Shown piece by piece: positions 47,777-57,170 of a DNA stretch of 64,000 nt. The notes beneath the pieces were generated by a model. It was not told the DNA's origin. It was given only the letters and a program-made list of their open reading frames with translations, and ran no database searches. The stretch lies in assembly GCA_040400535.1 (NCBI GenBank), contig JBBAQC010000007.1:34193-98192 (forward strand). Reading direction: 5' to 3'. Position numbers and translations under genes: made by a program. The first letter of the stretch is position 1; the number at the start of each line of letters is the position of its first letter. The DNA is from Polynucleobacter sp. (GTDB lineage: Bacteria; Pseudomonadota; Gammaproteobacteria; Burkholderiales; Burkholderiaceae).

Positions 47777-48945
47777 AGCAGTACTTTAGACGATTTCAGA
47801 GGAATGCGTTGCTCCAGCTCATCCACATAGGCTGCCATTCCCTCATGCTCGCGATCTAAAAAACGCTTTACTGCCTTGGCAAAACCGGGGTCTTCAATCC
47901 AATGCGCCGACTGAAGGGTTGTGGGTACAAATCCTCTTGCCATCTTATGTTCGCCTTGAGCCCCACCCTCAAATAGATTAATACCATCTTGAATGCAGTA
48001 TTCAATGGCTTGGTAATAAGCCATCTCAAAATGTAAGCAGGGGATATGCTTAATAGCCCCCCAATAGCGCCCATAGGCTGTTGAGGTAAGTCGATCAATA
48101 ACGAGCAGTGATGAGGCAATCGGTATTTGGTCTTGCAGGGCGACTATCAGATGAAAATGTTCTGGCATAGTTTCCCCAAGCAATTGAATGCACTCTTGCG
48201 TTAAGTACGGGGAAGAGCGATGCTCCATATACGTATTTTGATAGCATTGATAAAAAAATGCCCAATCTGCTGCGCTTGCGTTCGATCCAGGTATATGTCG
48301 GTAGGATATTGAATGTGGCGTTAGTGAAGCGCGCTCCCGCCGAATATTTTTTCGGCGTTTCATATTCAGATCGGCTAAAAATTGTTCAAAATCTTGATAG
48401 CCTTGGTTATGCCAATGAAACTGAACGGAGTCACGCAGCATAAATCCTTGTTTCTGCAGCTCTGCTAATTCACTTTCTTGAGGAAATAATACGTGGGCTG
48501 AAGAAAGTGCATTTTGATTCACCAGTGTTTTTAATCCAGAGATGATTATTGCTTGAATGACTTTCTGAGCAGCATCGGGAGAGACTAAAATTCGTGGTCC
48601 TCGTACAGGGGTAAATGGAATTGCAGAGAGTGCCTTGGGGTAATAGGGCATATTATTTTGCTCATAAGCCTGCGCCCAAGCCCAATCAAATACAAATTCT
48701 CCATAGGAGTGTCGCTTCAAGTAAAGGGGCATTGCTCCCAGAAGCTGTGATTGATCATTCTCAACCAGTAGGTGGGCGACTTGCCAGCCAGTATTGCCAC
48801 CGACGCAGCCTGTTTTCTCTAGGGTATTTAAAAAGGCATATTTTAAAAAAGGTCCAGCATCAGGAGCTAGCAGCGCATTCCAATCTGCTTCAGCAATCTC
48901 GGAAAGACTATTGATTACTCGTAGTTGGATGGCATCTTGCTTCAA
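47773..48945 (-). CDS. FemAB-like/GNAT-fold protein (DUF482, COG3146 type)
   Basis: 390 aa. The family was recognised from overall pattern only (FLNTLEKTGCVG...GEFVFDWAWA...MKRRKNIRRE). An ATGA overlap joins it to the downstream DUF1289 gene. Confidence 0.7.
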   Translation of the reverse strand: MKQDAIQLRVINSLSEIAEADWNALLAPDAGPFLKYAFLNTLEKTGCVGGNTGWQVAHLLVENDQSQLLGAMPLYLKRHSYGEFVFDWAWAQAYEQNNMPYYPKALSAIPFTPVRGPRILVSPDAAQKVIQAIIISGLKTLVNQNALSSAHVLFPQESELAELQKQGFMLRDSVQFHWHNQGYQDFEQFLADLNMKRRKNIRRERASLTPHSISYRHIPGSNASAADWAFFYQCYQNTYMEHRSSPYLTQECIQLLGETMPEHFHLIVALQDQIPIASSLLVIDRLTSTAYGRYWGAIKHIPCLHFEMAYYQAIEYCIQDGINLFEGGAQGEHKMARGFVPTTLQSAHWIEDPGFAKAVKRFLDREHEGMAAYVDELEQRIPLKSSKVLL

Positions 48946-48960
48946 CTGAGTAGGGCGTAC

Positions 48961-49344
48961 TTAGTGTTGAATTAATTCAATCTTGTAGCCATCGGGATCC
49001 GTAACAAAGGCGATGATAGTGTCACCGCCCATAACTGGACCCGCTTCTCGAGTGACATTACCACCAGCAGCTTTGATTTTTTCGCAGGATGCATAAGCAT
49101 CAGTCACCCTAAGCGCGATATGCCCATAGGCACTGCCAAGTTGATAACTCTCAACACCATGGTTATACGTGAGCTCGATCTCAGACTGTCCATCAGCATT
49201 ACCTTTGCCGAAGCCTACGAATGCTAAGGAATATTGCTGATCTGGTCTTTCAGTGGTGCGCAGTAAATTCATACCCATCACTTTGGTATAGAAATCAATT
49301 GACCGAGCCAAATTGCCGACTCTGAGCATCGTGTGAAGAATCAT
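48961..49344 (-). CDS. gloA: Lactoylglutathione lyase (glyoxalase I)
   Basis: [29 protein letters not shown] aligns nearly colinearly with E. coli GloA. I used the internal ATG to remove the overlap with the upstream PPIase. Confidence 0.93.
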   Translation of the reverse strand: MILHTMLRVGNLARSIDFYTKVMGMNLLRTTERPDQQYSLAFVGFGKGNADGQSEIELTYNHGVESYQLGSAYGHIALRVTDAYASCEKIKAAGGNVTREAGPVMGGDTIIAFVTDPDGYKIELIQH

Positions 49345-49348
49345 GATC

Positions 49349-50143
49349 TTATTGAATCTTTGCCTTGGCACGTAGTTTTTGCATTAACTCAGAAAATTTA
49401 GCCTTTTGCCAATTCTGATCAGCAGTGATCATCTGCTTTAACTGGTCTTTAATTTCTTCCATGCTGGGCGGCTTTACATCGCGTACATCATCTAATTTAA
49501 TAATATGCCAGCCAAATTGAGTTTTAACTGGCTTGTCAGTAGTTTGACCTTTTTTAAGCTGCACCATTGCTTTAGAAAATTCTGGAACGAGCGCCTTATC
49601 GCTGACCCAGCCGAGATCTCCACCATTGGGGGCAGACCCTGGATCTTTTGATTTCTCTTTAGCAATTTGTTCAAAGTTGCCACCGGCTTTAATTTGAGCG
49701 GTAATTGCTTTGGCATCCTGCTCTTTTTCTACCAGAATGTGCTCAACGTGATATTCCTTGCCAGTGTATTGAACCTTAACTTGATCGTATGCTGCTTTAA
49801 GTTCAGACTCTGAAACGCCTTCTCTTTCTACAAAGTCCTCAAAAACAGCAGCAACTAAAACACCCATCTTGGATTGTTCGAGTTGATCTCGCACGGACTC
49901 TTTTTGCATCACGCCCCGATTATTGGCTTCTTGCAAAATTAATTCGCGAGTGACTAGCATTTCTCTAGCCTGCTCTCGTACCTGAGGGTTGTCTGGTTGA
50001 TTTGATTTTTGTACCAGCTTGTCTAGCTGTGTTTTTGGGATGGCTTTGCCATTCACAATGACAGCATTTTGTGCAAATACTGTGGATGAGAATAAAGCGA
50101 CACTAAAGGCGCTAATGGTCACAATTTGGCGTGTATTCAACAT
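49349..50143 (-). CDS. Periplasmic parvulin-type peptidyl-prolyl isomerase
   Basis: Signal peptide and a PpiC domain (GGDLGWV...[10 protein letters not shown]). Confidence 0.88.
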   Translation of the reverse strand: MLNTRQIVTISAFSVALFSSTVFAQNAVIVNGKAIPKTQLDKLVQKSNQPDNPQVREQAREMLVTRELILQEANNRGVMQKESVRDQLEQSKMGVLVAAVFEDFVEREGVSESELKAAYDQVKVQYTGKEYHVEHILVEKEQDAKAITAQIKAGGNFEQIAKEKSKDPGSAPNGGDLGWVSDKALVPEFSKAMVQLKKGQTTDKPVKTQFGWHIIKLDDVRDVKPPSMEEIKDQLKQMITADQNWQKAKFSELMQKLRAKAKIQ

Positions 50144-50202
50144 GGCTTAAGGAGTAAGTGATAGGTATAAAAGGTAAAAGACGATCTTAAAGCAATCTAG
50201 GT

Positions 50203-50487
50203 TCAGCTAGTACTTTCACTAGGGGTGTATGCCAAGATAGTCAAAGCATGGATTTCGGTTGGGAAATGCCGATTTAATGATGCGTAGATTGCTCTATGAC
50301 GAGCCACTTTATTCATCCCCTCAAATTCTGGGGCGGTGATCGTGAGCTTGAAGTGGCCTCCACCAGTAGCTGCACCAGCATGACCTGCATGCAGATGACT
50401 TTCATCTTCAATGTGTAACTGGCTGACCTTAAAGGAGCTTCGTAAATCAACTTCAAAAAGGGAAATTCGGTCTTGATTGATTGTCAT
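50203..50487 (-). CDS. BolA-family protein
   Basis: HIEDESHLHAGHAG...FKLTITAPEFEG...RHRAIY signature. Starting at ATG 50487 gives an ATGA overlap with the yciB stop. Confidence 0.85.
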   Translation of the reverse strand: MTINQDRISLFEVDLRSSFKVSQLHIEDESHLHAGHAGAATGGGHFKLTITAPEFEGMNKVARHRAIYASLNRHFPTEIHALTILAYTPSESTS

Positions 50488-51032
50488 TCTGCAGATTGCT
50501 CCATGTGTCGACTCAGCCACATTCCCTGAAGAATGACAAAAATAATTAGTAATGCCGTGCTGCCGAAAAGTTTAAAGTTCACCCAGGTCTCTTCAGAGAA
50601 TTCAAAAGCGATATAGAGATTCAGAATTCCCATGAAGAAGAAGAAGGCTGCCCATGCCATATTGACTTGATGCCAAATCGTTTTTGAGTGGGGCTCTTTA
50701 AGGGTAATTTGCTTGCCCATCAAAACCTGTATCCAATTTTTTTGGAAAAACTGTGCGCTGATAAAGAGGGCGCCGGAGAAAAGCCAGTACAGCGCAGTTG
50801 GCTTGAGTTGGATGAATGTCTTGTCGTGCAAAAAGATGGTTAAGCTACCAAATACTAGGATCATGACCAAGCTAACCCATTGCATTGCATCGATCTTGCG
50901 ATGACGGTAGTAGACCCATAATATTTGCCCGATGGTGGCAACCATGGCTACGATCGTTGCAGTATAAATATCGCCAAATTTAAAGGCGATAAAGAAGAGA
51001 ATAATAGGGAAGAGATCAAATAAAAATTTCAT
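50484..51032 (-). CDS. yciB: Intracellular septation protein A
   Basis: The N-terminus MKFLFDLFPIILFFIAFKF and five TM helices are typical of YciB/IspZ. Confidence 0.9.
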   Translation of the reverse strand: MKFLFDLFPIILFFIAFKFGDIYTATIVAMVATIGQILWVYYRHRKIDAMQWVSLVMILVFGSLTIFLHDKTFIQLKPTALYWLFSGALFISAQFFQKNWIQVLMGKQITLKEPHSKTIWHQVNMAWAAFFFFMGILNLYIAFEFSEETWVNFKLFGSTALLIIFVILQGMWLSRHMEQSAE

Positions 51033-51058
51033 TTACGGATTATCCAGCTATTTCAGAA

Positions 51059-51472
51059 TTATTCCTTTTCACTCGGGGCGATATTCCCAGAGGGTTCAAA
51101 ATTCAAGGATGCTGAGTTAATACAGTAACGCAGCCCTGTAGGCTGGGGCCCATCGTCAAATACATGCCCTAAATGGGCATCACACTCGGTACAGCGTACT
51201 TCGGTGCGGACCATTCCAAGAGAAGAATCCCGAATTTCAGTAATGACTTCAGCGTTCTCTGGGGCGTTATAGCTTGGCCAACCGCAACCAGCGTCAAATT
51301 TGGTGGCCGATTTAAATAAGGGGGTTCCACAACAAATGCAACTGTAGCGACCATCTGCCCAATGATCCCAGTACTCGCCACTAAAAGGCCTCTCGGTTGC
51401 AGCTTCGCGTGTTACTCGGTATTGAATGCCGTTGAGTAAAGTTTTGTATTCTTGATCGGTTTTTTTAGTCAT
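51059..51472 (-). CDS. msrB: Peptide-methionine (R)-S-oxide reductase
   Basis: Zinc CxxC pairs (CICCG, CTECD) and the catalytic GLRYCINS. Confidence 0.95.
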   Translation of the reverse strand: MTKKTDQEYKTLLNGIQYRVTREAATERPFSGEYWDHWADGRYSCICCGTPLFKSATKFDAGCGWPSYNAPENAEVITEIRDSSLGMVRTEVRCTECDAHLGHVFDDGPQPTGLRYCINSASLNFEPSGNIAPSEKE

Positions 51473-51490
51473 AGTAATAAAGTGTTGGTC

Positions 51491-52957
51491 TTATGAGGAA
51501 CAGCTAACTGCAAGACGTTGCATATCCAGCGGTGGTGGTTTTGAATAATCGGTAAAGGCTACTTGCTCATCGAAAGGCATACTCAAAATTTGGTGTAATT
51601 TTTCAAGTTCAGAAAAATCATCTTGCTGAGCCTGCTCAATAGCTTTTTGTGCCAAGTGATTTCTGAGAATATATTTCGGGTTGATTCGGTTCATTAATTC
51701 TTGCCTAGATTCATCGCTGAAATCCTCTGACTGAAGCCGGGCTAGATAGTCAGTAAACCACTGATCAATATTGTCGCGATCAATAAATTCATTTCTCTGG
51801 ATGATTTTTGCTGCCTGAAAGTTTTTTGCGATACTGCTAAGACTACGAAAAAAGCTCGTGTAATCTACTTTTGAGTCATGCATGGCTTGCAGCAGGCGCT
51901 CAATTAAATCAACATCGCTTGCTTGCGCTGTTTGCAAGCCGAGTTTGGAGCGAAATAGCTGCTGCCACTCTTGGGCATAGCAGGCTGGAAACTCCTCTAG
52001 TGCTGTGCGTAATAGTGTTTGAGATTCTTCTGTAGAGTTTTCTAGCTCAAGTAAAGGCAGCATTGCACTGGCAAGACAGGCCATATTCCAATGCATCACT
52101 TTTGGTTGCCGCTGATAAGCATAGCGACCCCCATGATCACTATGGTTGCAAATATGATCAAGTTCAAATTGATCCAAGAATCCAAAAGGTCCATAGTCTA
52201 TGGTCAGACCAAGGGCGCTAATGTTATCGCTATTTAATACGCCATGACAAAATCCTACTGCTTGCCACTGGGCAACTAATTTGGCATTACGAGTACTGAT
52301 TTCCTTAAAAAGACTCAGGTAGGGATTTTGGTCAGCAGCACACTCTGGATAAGATTGGGTCATGAGGAGATCCGCCAACTCTTTTAAGCGCACCACGTTT
52401 TGCAGTGATGCAAAGTGCTCAAAGTGCCCAATACGAATAAAGCTTGGGGCAATACGAGAACAGACAGCTGCGGTTTCTACCGTTTCTCGAATTACAACTT
52501 GCTTTGATCCGACTACGGCAAGAGCGCGACTAGTCGGTATTCCCAGCGCATGCATTGCCTCGCTACACAAAAACTCCCGAATGGACGATCGCAATACTGC
52601 TCTGCCATCACCCATTCTGGAGTAGTGAGTTTTTCCGGCACCCTTTAGTTGCAGTTCTAATTGATTTATCTCGCCTAGCAGGATGGCGCGACCGTCGCCT
52701 AATTGACCAGCCCAAACCCCAAATTGATGGCCACTATAGGCAGTTGCTATCGGATCTGAAAATTCAAGCTGACCCGCATTCAATTGATTGCCAGCCAAGA
52801 CTTCAAGCCAGTCTGGGTTGCTGGGCAGACCATGACTTCCCATTTCCAAGCCAATCAGCTGGGCTGCAGAAGATGAAAAAGCGACCCAATAGGGATTGCT
52901 GATCGGGCTGGGAGGGGTGGGCTGGCAGACATCGCCACCGCGAAGGGTAAAAGACAT
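51491..52957 (-). CDS. selO: Protein adenylyltransferase SelO (YdiU family)
   Basis: 488 aa, pseudokinase-like family. It has YSGHQFGVWAGQLGDGRAILLGE and NSDNISALGLTIDYGPFGF segments. Confidence 0.9.
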   Translation of the reverse strand: MSFTLRGGDVCQPTPPSPISNPYWVAFSSSAAQLIGLEMGSHGLPSNPDWLEVLAGNQLNAGQLEFSDPIATAYSGHQFGVWAGQLGDGRAILLGEINQLELQLKGAGKTHYSRMGDGRAVLRSSIREFLCSEAMHALGIPTSRALAVVGSKQVVIRETVETAAVCSRIAPSFIRIGHFEHFASLQNVVRLKELADLLMTQSYPECAADQNPYLSLFKEISTRNAKLVAQWQAVGFCHGVLNSDNISALGLTIDYGPFGFLDQFELDHICNHSDHGGRYAYQRQPKVMHWNMACLASAMLPLLELENSTEESQTLLRTALEEFPACYAQEWQQLFRSKLGLQTAQASDVDLIERLLQAMHDSKVDYTSFFRSLSSIAKNFQAAKIIQRNEFIDRDNIDQWFTDYLARLQSEDFSDESRQELMNRINPKYILRNHLAQKAIEQAQQDDFSELEKLHQILSMPFDEQVAFTDYSKPPPLDMQRLAVSCSS

Positions 52958-53012
52958 GTTTTGTATTCTATGGGTAATTCACAACAGTCGCAGAACCCTC
53001 TAAAATGACCCT

Positions 53013-53495
53013 ATGACAAATAAAGTACAACTTACAGCAGAAACCCAACTCGCCAATCTGGGAGAAGAGCTGAACGTACCATTTTTAAAGCTACTTGGGG
53101 TCCGTTGTCTGAGCGCTGAGATGGGTAAAGGTGAAATTCTGCTCGCGTTGAAGCCTGAGCATACCAATACTTGGAACGTCGCCCATGGCGGCGTTTTACT
53201 CACACTCATGGATGTCGCTATGGCTGTCGCTGCTCGCTCTAGCGATCCGGACGATCGCAGTGTCGTCACTGTCGAAATGAAAAACAATTTTATGCAGGCC
53301 GCTAATGGCATCTTGCGCGTGAAGGCAGATACCGTGCGCCGTACTGCCACCATGGCATTTTGTGAAGCGAAGCTCTACAACGATCAAGGTGAGATCTGCT
53401 GTATGGCAACAGGAACTTTTCAGTTTTTAAAACGATTAGCTACCAAAGATGCTCATGGTGATCGAGTCGTTAATGAAGACACACGAAAGCAATAA
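53013..53495 (+). CDS. PaaI-family hotdog thioesterase
   Basis: NVAHGGVLLTLMDVAM motif. 160 aa. Confidence 0.8.
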   Translation: MTNKVQLTAETQLANLGEELNVPFLKLLGVRCLSAEMGKGEILLALKPEHTNTWNVAHGGVLLTLMDVAMAVAARSSDPDDRSVVTVEMKNNFMQAANGILRVKADTVRRTATMAFCEAKLYNDQGEICCMATGTFQFLKRLATKDAHGDRVVNEDTRKQ

Positions 53496-53504
53496 AACAG
53501 TTCA

Positions 53505-54362
53505 TTAGACGGCTAGATTAGACCCTGGGATCGCACTGAGCGCCCCGGTGACAACGTCATGGCCAATAGTGCCATTGGCATCGAAGCGTCTCTCGACCAT
53601 TTCAAAATGACCATCTTTGCGAACCCGCAAAATAGTGCTTGACCTTGTTCCATACAAAGGCGTTTTGATAAATGCGGCTGATAAGGCTTTTTCCCAATCT
53701 TGACTAACGCCAGTATTGGGTAGCTCTTGTGGGCTTGCTTCGTGCGCATCAGCCAATACCCGTAGATAGTGATCCGCATTTTTGAGTTGACCGCTATCCA
53801 TTGCCAATGCTTGTGCAAATGCTGCTACCCGGTGATTCACTTTAGGCCATGGGGTGTCGAGCATGGCATTGGAGAGCCCATAGACTCCAGGACTGAGGGG
53901 CTGCTGTGGAAATACTTTTCTGGGGCGAATCGTTTGGCCCATCATCAGGCGATTGCTGACCCAGTGCATCTCAGCATTTTCTGGGTCACTGAGATCAGCC
54001 ATCAATAAGTTAAAGCCATTGTATTGCTCAAATCGTTTAGCATTTTCTTGAATGTAATCATGCGGCTGATGCTGGCCCGTTAGGTAGCGCAAGCTCAACT
54101 CCCCGCGAGTTCTGGCAGCAGGATTTTTTTCACTTGGTGACCGCACATTGGTTAGCGCAGCAAAGCGACCTGTCTTTGTAAACCCAAGCCAAGTCCCCGG
54201 GCTACCTAATACATCGGCTCGATCTTTTCCAGCTAAAACATGTGGGTGTTCTGGCCACCATCCCATGGGATCGGTACTGCGCTCATAAAACTCGTCTCGA
54301 TTTGCTGCCACCACCAAAGGGTAGTCTGGATGAGACTTCCAGGCAAAAAGAATTAGGCACAT
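53505..54362 (-). CDS. NRDE-family protein (DUF833)
   Basis: N-terminal MCLILFAW...VVAANRDEFYER. Confidence 0.8.
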   Translation of the reverse strand: MCLILFAWKSHPDYPLVVAANRDEFYERSTDPMGWWPEHPHVLAGKDRADVLGSPGTWLGFTKTGRFAALTNVRSPSEKNPAARTRGELSLRYLTGQHQPHDYIQENAKRFEQYNGFNLLMADLSDPENAEMHWVSNRLMMGQTIRPRKVFPQQPLSPGVYGLSNAMLDTPWPKVNHRVAAFAQALAMDSGQLKNADHYLRVLADAHEASPQELPNTGVSQDWEKALSAAFIKTPLYGTRSSTILRVRKDGHFEMVERRFDANGTIGHDVVTGALSAIPGSNLAV

Positions 54363-54388
54363 AGCAAATGAACGTGGCGTTAGAGGAA

Positions 54389-55405
54389 TTAAATTTCTAA
54401 TAAAGGGTAGGGCAGTAAGTCTGTTTTTAACACAGGGCCAGTGCTCATGCCCAGATGAATCTCTCCTGCTTCGAGTGCATCAAGCTTGCACTCCACTTGC
54501 AGATCAATGCGATCCGACTGAATCGGATTGCTTGATCCAAGGACCACCATGCCGCAGGGTTGACTAGCATCGCTTGCATGAAATAGCTCTGTGCCCGGCT
54601 TGGACAGTTCCAATGTAGCAATATCAAACCCAGCATGCACCAGTTGTAGTCGACGTTTTACTGCGCCACGATATTGGCTACGAGCCACAATTTCTTGTCC
54701 TGGGTAGCATCCCTTTTTAAAGTCGACACCAGCAACAGATTCAAAATTAATCATTTGCGGAACAAACTGTTCCTGAGTAGCTAGGACAATGCGCGGAATG
54801 GCGCTCAATACTTCTAAATAATTCCACTGCATGAGTGCAACAGGTTCAGCTGTTGATAGAGTGCCTGGCAACTTCGGTTGGGCGATTAGGATACGCTCAA
54901 AGGACTGATCTTGGGCAAGCACATCGGGCATGCGCAATGCGAGTGAATCTGCGGGCAAAGTGACAGACTGCTCGCCATGTTCACTATGCTCATGATGATA
55001 AGAGCCAAAAATTTCCCAGTTATGCGAAGCATCGGTGACTTTTACTTTGGATCGTAGTACATACATAGAGAGTCGTTTTGCTGTAGCTGCTGCGATATCT
55101 TTAGAGATAAAAAGAGCAAAACGATCATCCGAACCAGGCGATTGGGGAAATAGACCGAGCCAGGCGCTTGATAACAGTCGACCCTTGGGGTTGCAATAAC
55201 CGACTAAACGAACCGCCTCATGGCCTTGTGCAAAAGCCCCTGCATTGGTGGGTTTTAAGCCGAGCACGGAGTTCGTCAATTGACTCTGAAGTAGGTTGGC
55301 CGCATCAGGACCTTCAACCAAAATCAGACTCCAATCCGGTAGGAGGCTAAATCCATGGTTTAGGAGTGGGGTAGGCATTGAAGTATTTTTCGGGCTTAAG
55401 GTCAT
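54389..55405 (-). CDS. ygfZ: Folate-binding Fe-S cluster repair/tRNA-modification protein YgfZ
   Basis: KGCYPGQEIVAR signature and an aminomethyltransferase-like fold. The start is uncertain (ATG 55405 or ATG 55378), and neither has a clear SD. Confidence 0.85.
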   Translation of the reverse strand: MTLSPKNTSMPTPLLNHGFSLLPDWSLILVEGPDAANLLQSQLTNSVLGLKPTNAGAFAQGHEAVRLVGYCNPKGRLLSSAWLGLFPQSPGSDDRFALFISKDIAAATAKRLSMYVLRSKVKVTDASHNWEIFGSYHHEHSEHGEQSVTLPADSLALRMPDVLAQDQSFERILIAQPKLPGTLSTAEPVALMQWNYLEVLSAIPRIVLATQEQFVPQMINFESVAGVDFKKGCYPGQEIVARSQYRGAVKRRLQLVHAGFDIATLELSKPGTELFHASDASQPCGMVVLGSSNPIQSDRIDLQVECKLDALEAGEIHLGMSTGPVLKTDLLPYPLLEI

Positions 55406-56525
55406 GAGCTTTTATCATAGCCTGATGAGTAGAAAATTTCAGAAAAGCCCTCTTTTTATGACGCATTTCAAGCTAGGTGCCTGGAGGCTTTGTGGACTCT
55501 ACTTACTGTCTTTCCTGATCTTGCTGTACGGCGCTATCTTTTTATGGCCCGTAGTGCCCGCTATATCCAATATTGGTCAGACTGACTCCTATAAGGTAAA
55601 AATTGCTCCCCAGTCTGGCATAGCAGCAATATCTGAACAGTTATCAGAGCAGGGCGTGAGCTCCAATGGAATCGCTTTACAGATTGCTGCCAGAGCACTT
55701 TTTATTGGCTCTAAGCTAAAACCAGGAACCTATTTATTTGTGTCCCGCGCTAGCCTTGGCAATATCTTGCTCCAGATGGCTCGTGGTGATCGGGTTCGAG
55801 AGAAGCTTGCCATCATTCCAGGCATGACTATTTGGCAAGTCAGGAGTCTGATTGATCAGCATCCTGCTTTGATGCATCAAACGAGGGGAATGGGCTCTCA
55901 GGAGTTGCTGCAGGCTATTGGTCTTTCTTACCCGGGACTGGAAGGGCTCTTCTATCCAGATACTTATACATTTGACCCGGATGACACCGACATCTCCATC
56001 TATAGACGGGCTTCGCAAGCCATGCAAAAGCAGCTGACCGCAGCCTGGGAGCAAAAAGAGGCATCTTCGCCAATGAGATCACCTTATGATCTCCTTATTT
56101 TGGCTTCGATCATTGAAAAAGAGACTGGCCGCTCAAATGAACGTTCTTTGGTGGCGGCGGTATTTGTCAATCGTCTCAACTTAAATATGCCATTACAGAC
56201 AGACCCCACCGTGATTTACGGAATAGGGCCAAAATTTGATGGCAATCTTCGAAAAACAGATTTACGTAAAGACAATCCCTACAATACTTATATGCGTAAA
56301 GGTCTGCCACCAACTCCAATTGCTATGCCTAGCAAGGAATCACTCCAGGCAGCGATTCATCCGGCAAAAAGTGATGCCATTTATTTTGTGGCGCGAGGCG
56401 ATGGCAGTAGCCAATTTTCTAAAACTTTAAAAGAGCATGACAATGCAGTAGATCAGTATCAGCGCAAACGTACTACTGAGCGCAATACTGAGCGCAGCAC
56501 CATCCCTAAATCGAATTCACAGTAA
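55404..56525 (+). CDS. mltG: Endolytic murein transglycosylase MltG (YceG)
   Basis: One TM helix and a YceG domain with LASIIEKET. ATG 55404 follows an AAGG SD, so I rejected the track extension from 55296. Confidence 0.88.
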   Translation: MSFYHSLMSRKFQKSPLFMTHFKLGAWRLCGLYLLSFLILLYGAIFLWPVVPAISNIGQTDSYKVKIAPQSGIAAISEQLSEQGVSSNGIALQIAARALFIGSKLKPGTYLFVSRASLGNILLQMARGDRVREKLAIIPGMTIWQVRSLIDQHPALMHQTRGMGSQELLQAIGLSYPGLEGLFYPDTYTFDPDDTDISIYRRASQAMQKQLTAAWEQKEASSPMRSPYDLLILASIIEKETGRSNERSLVAAVFVNRLNLNMPLQTDPTVIYGIGPKFDGNLRKTDLRKDNPYNTYMRKGLPPTPIAMPSKESLQAAIHPAKSDAIYFVARGDGSSQFSKTLKEHDNAVDQYQRKRTTERNTERSTIPKSNSQ

Positions 56526-56531
56526 TTCCTT

Positions 56532-57170
56532 ATGACAACTCAATATCCAGGATATTTCATTAGCTTTGAAGGCATTGATGGTGCAGGCAAGAGTACCCAT
56601 ATTGAAGCCTTCGGTCGTTTAATCCAGCAGCGCTATCCAACACGCGAGATTGTCATGACTAGAGAACCTGGTGGAACTCAGTTAGGAGAACAGCTGCGGA
56701 CGATGCTCCTCAATACCCCCATGAATTTAGAAACCGAGGCACTACTGATGTTTGCTGCTCGTCGCGAACACATTGCCCAAATAATAGAACCTGCATTAAT
56801 GGCTGGCAAGATTGTGATCTCTGATCGCTTTACGGATGCTAGTTTTGCTTACCAAGGCGGTGGCCGCGGTTTAAGCCTTGAAAAAATGAATGATTTGGAG
56901 CGTTGGGTTCAGGGGCGCCCAGACGGCTCTCTTCTTCAGCCCAAGCTAACTTTTCTGTTTGATCTACCTGGTGCCGTTGCAGAAGGAAGAAGATCCAAGG
57001 TTAGAGCGCCGGATAAGTTTGAGCAGATGGATTTGGATTTTTTTGAAAAGGTCCGTCAAGAATATTTGCGCAGAGCAAAGCTTGATCCCCAACGTTTTTA
57101 TTTACTCGATGCCACTCAGACCCCAGAAGCGATTTGGAATGAGCTTGAGTCTGTGAAGATCGATTTGTAA
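56532..57170 (+). CDS. tmk: Thymidylate kinase
   Basis: P-loop [11 protein letters not shown]. Confidence 0.95.
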   Translation: MTTQYPGYFISFEGIDGAGKSTHIEAFGRLIQQRYPTREIVMTREPGGTQLGEQLRTMLLNTPMNLETEALLMFAARREHIAQIIEPALMAGKIVISDRFTDASFAYQGGGRGLSLEKMNDLERWVQGRPDGSLLQPKLTFLFDLPGAVAEGRRSKVRAPDKFEQMDLDFFEKVRQEYLRRAKLDPQRFYLLDATQTPEAIWNELESVKIDL

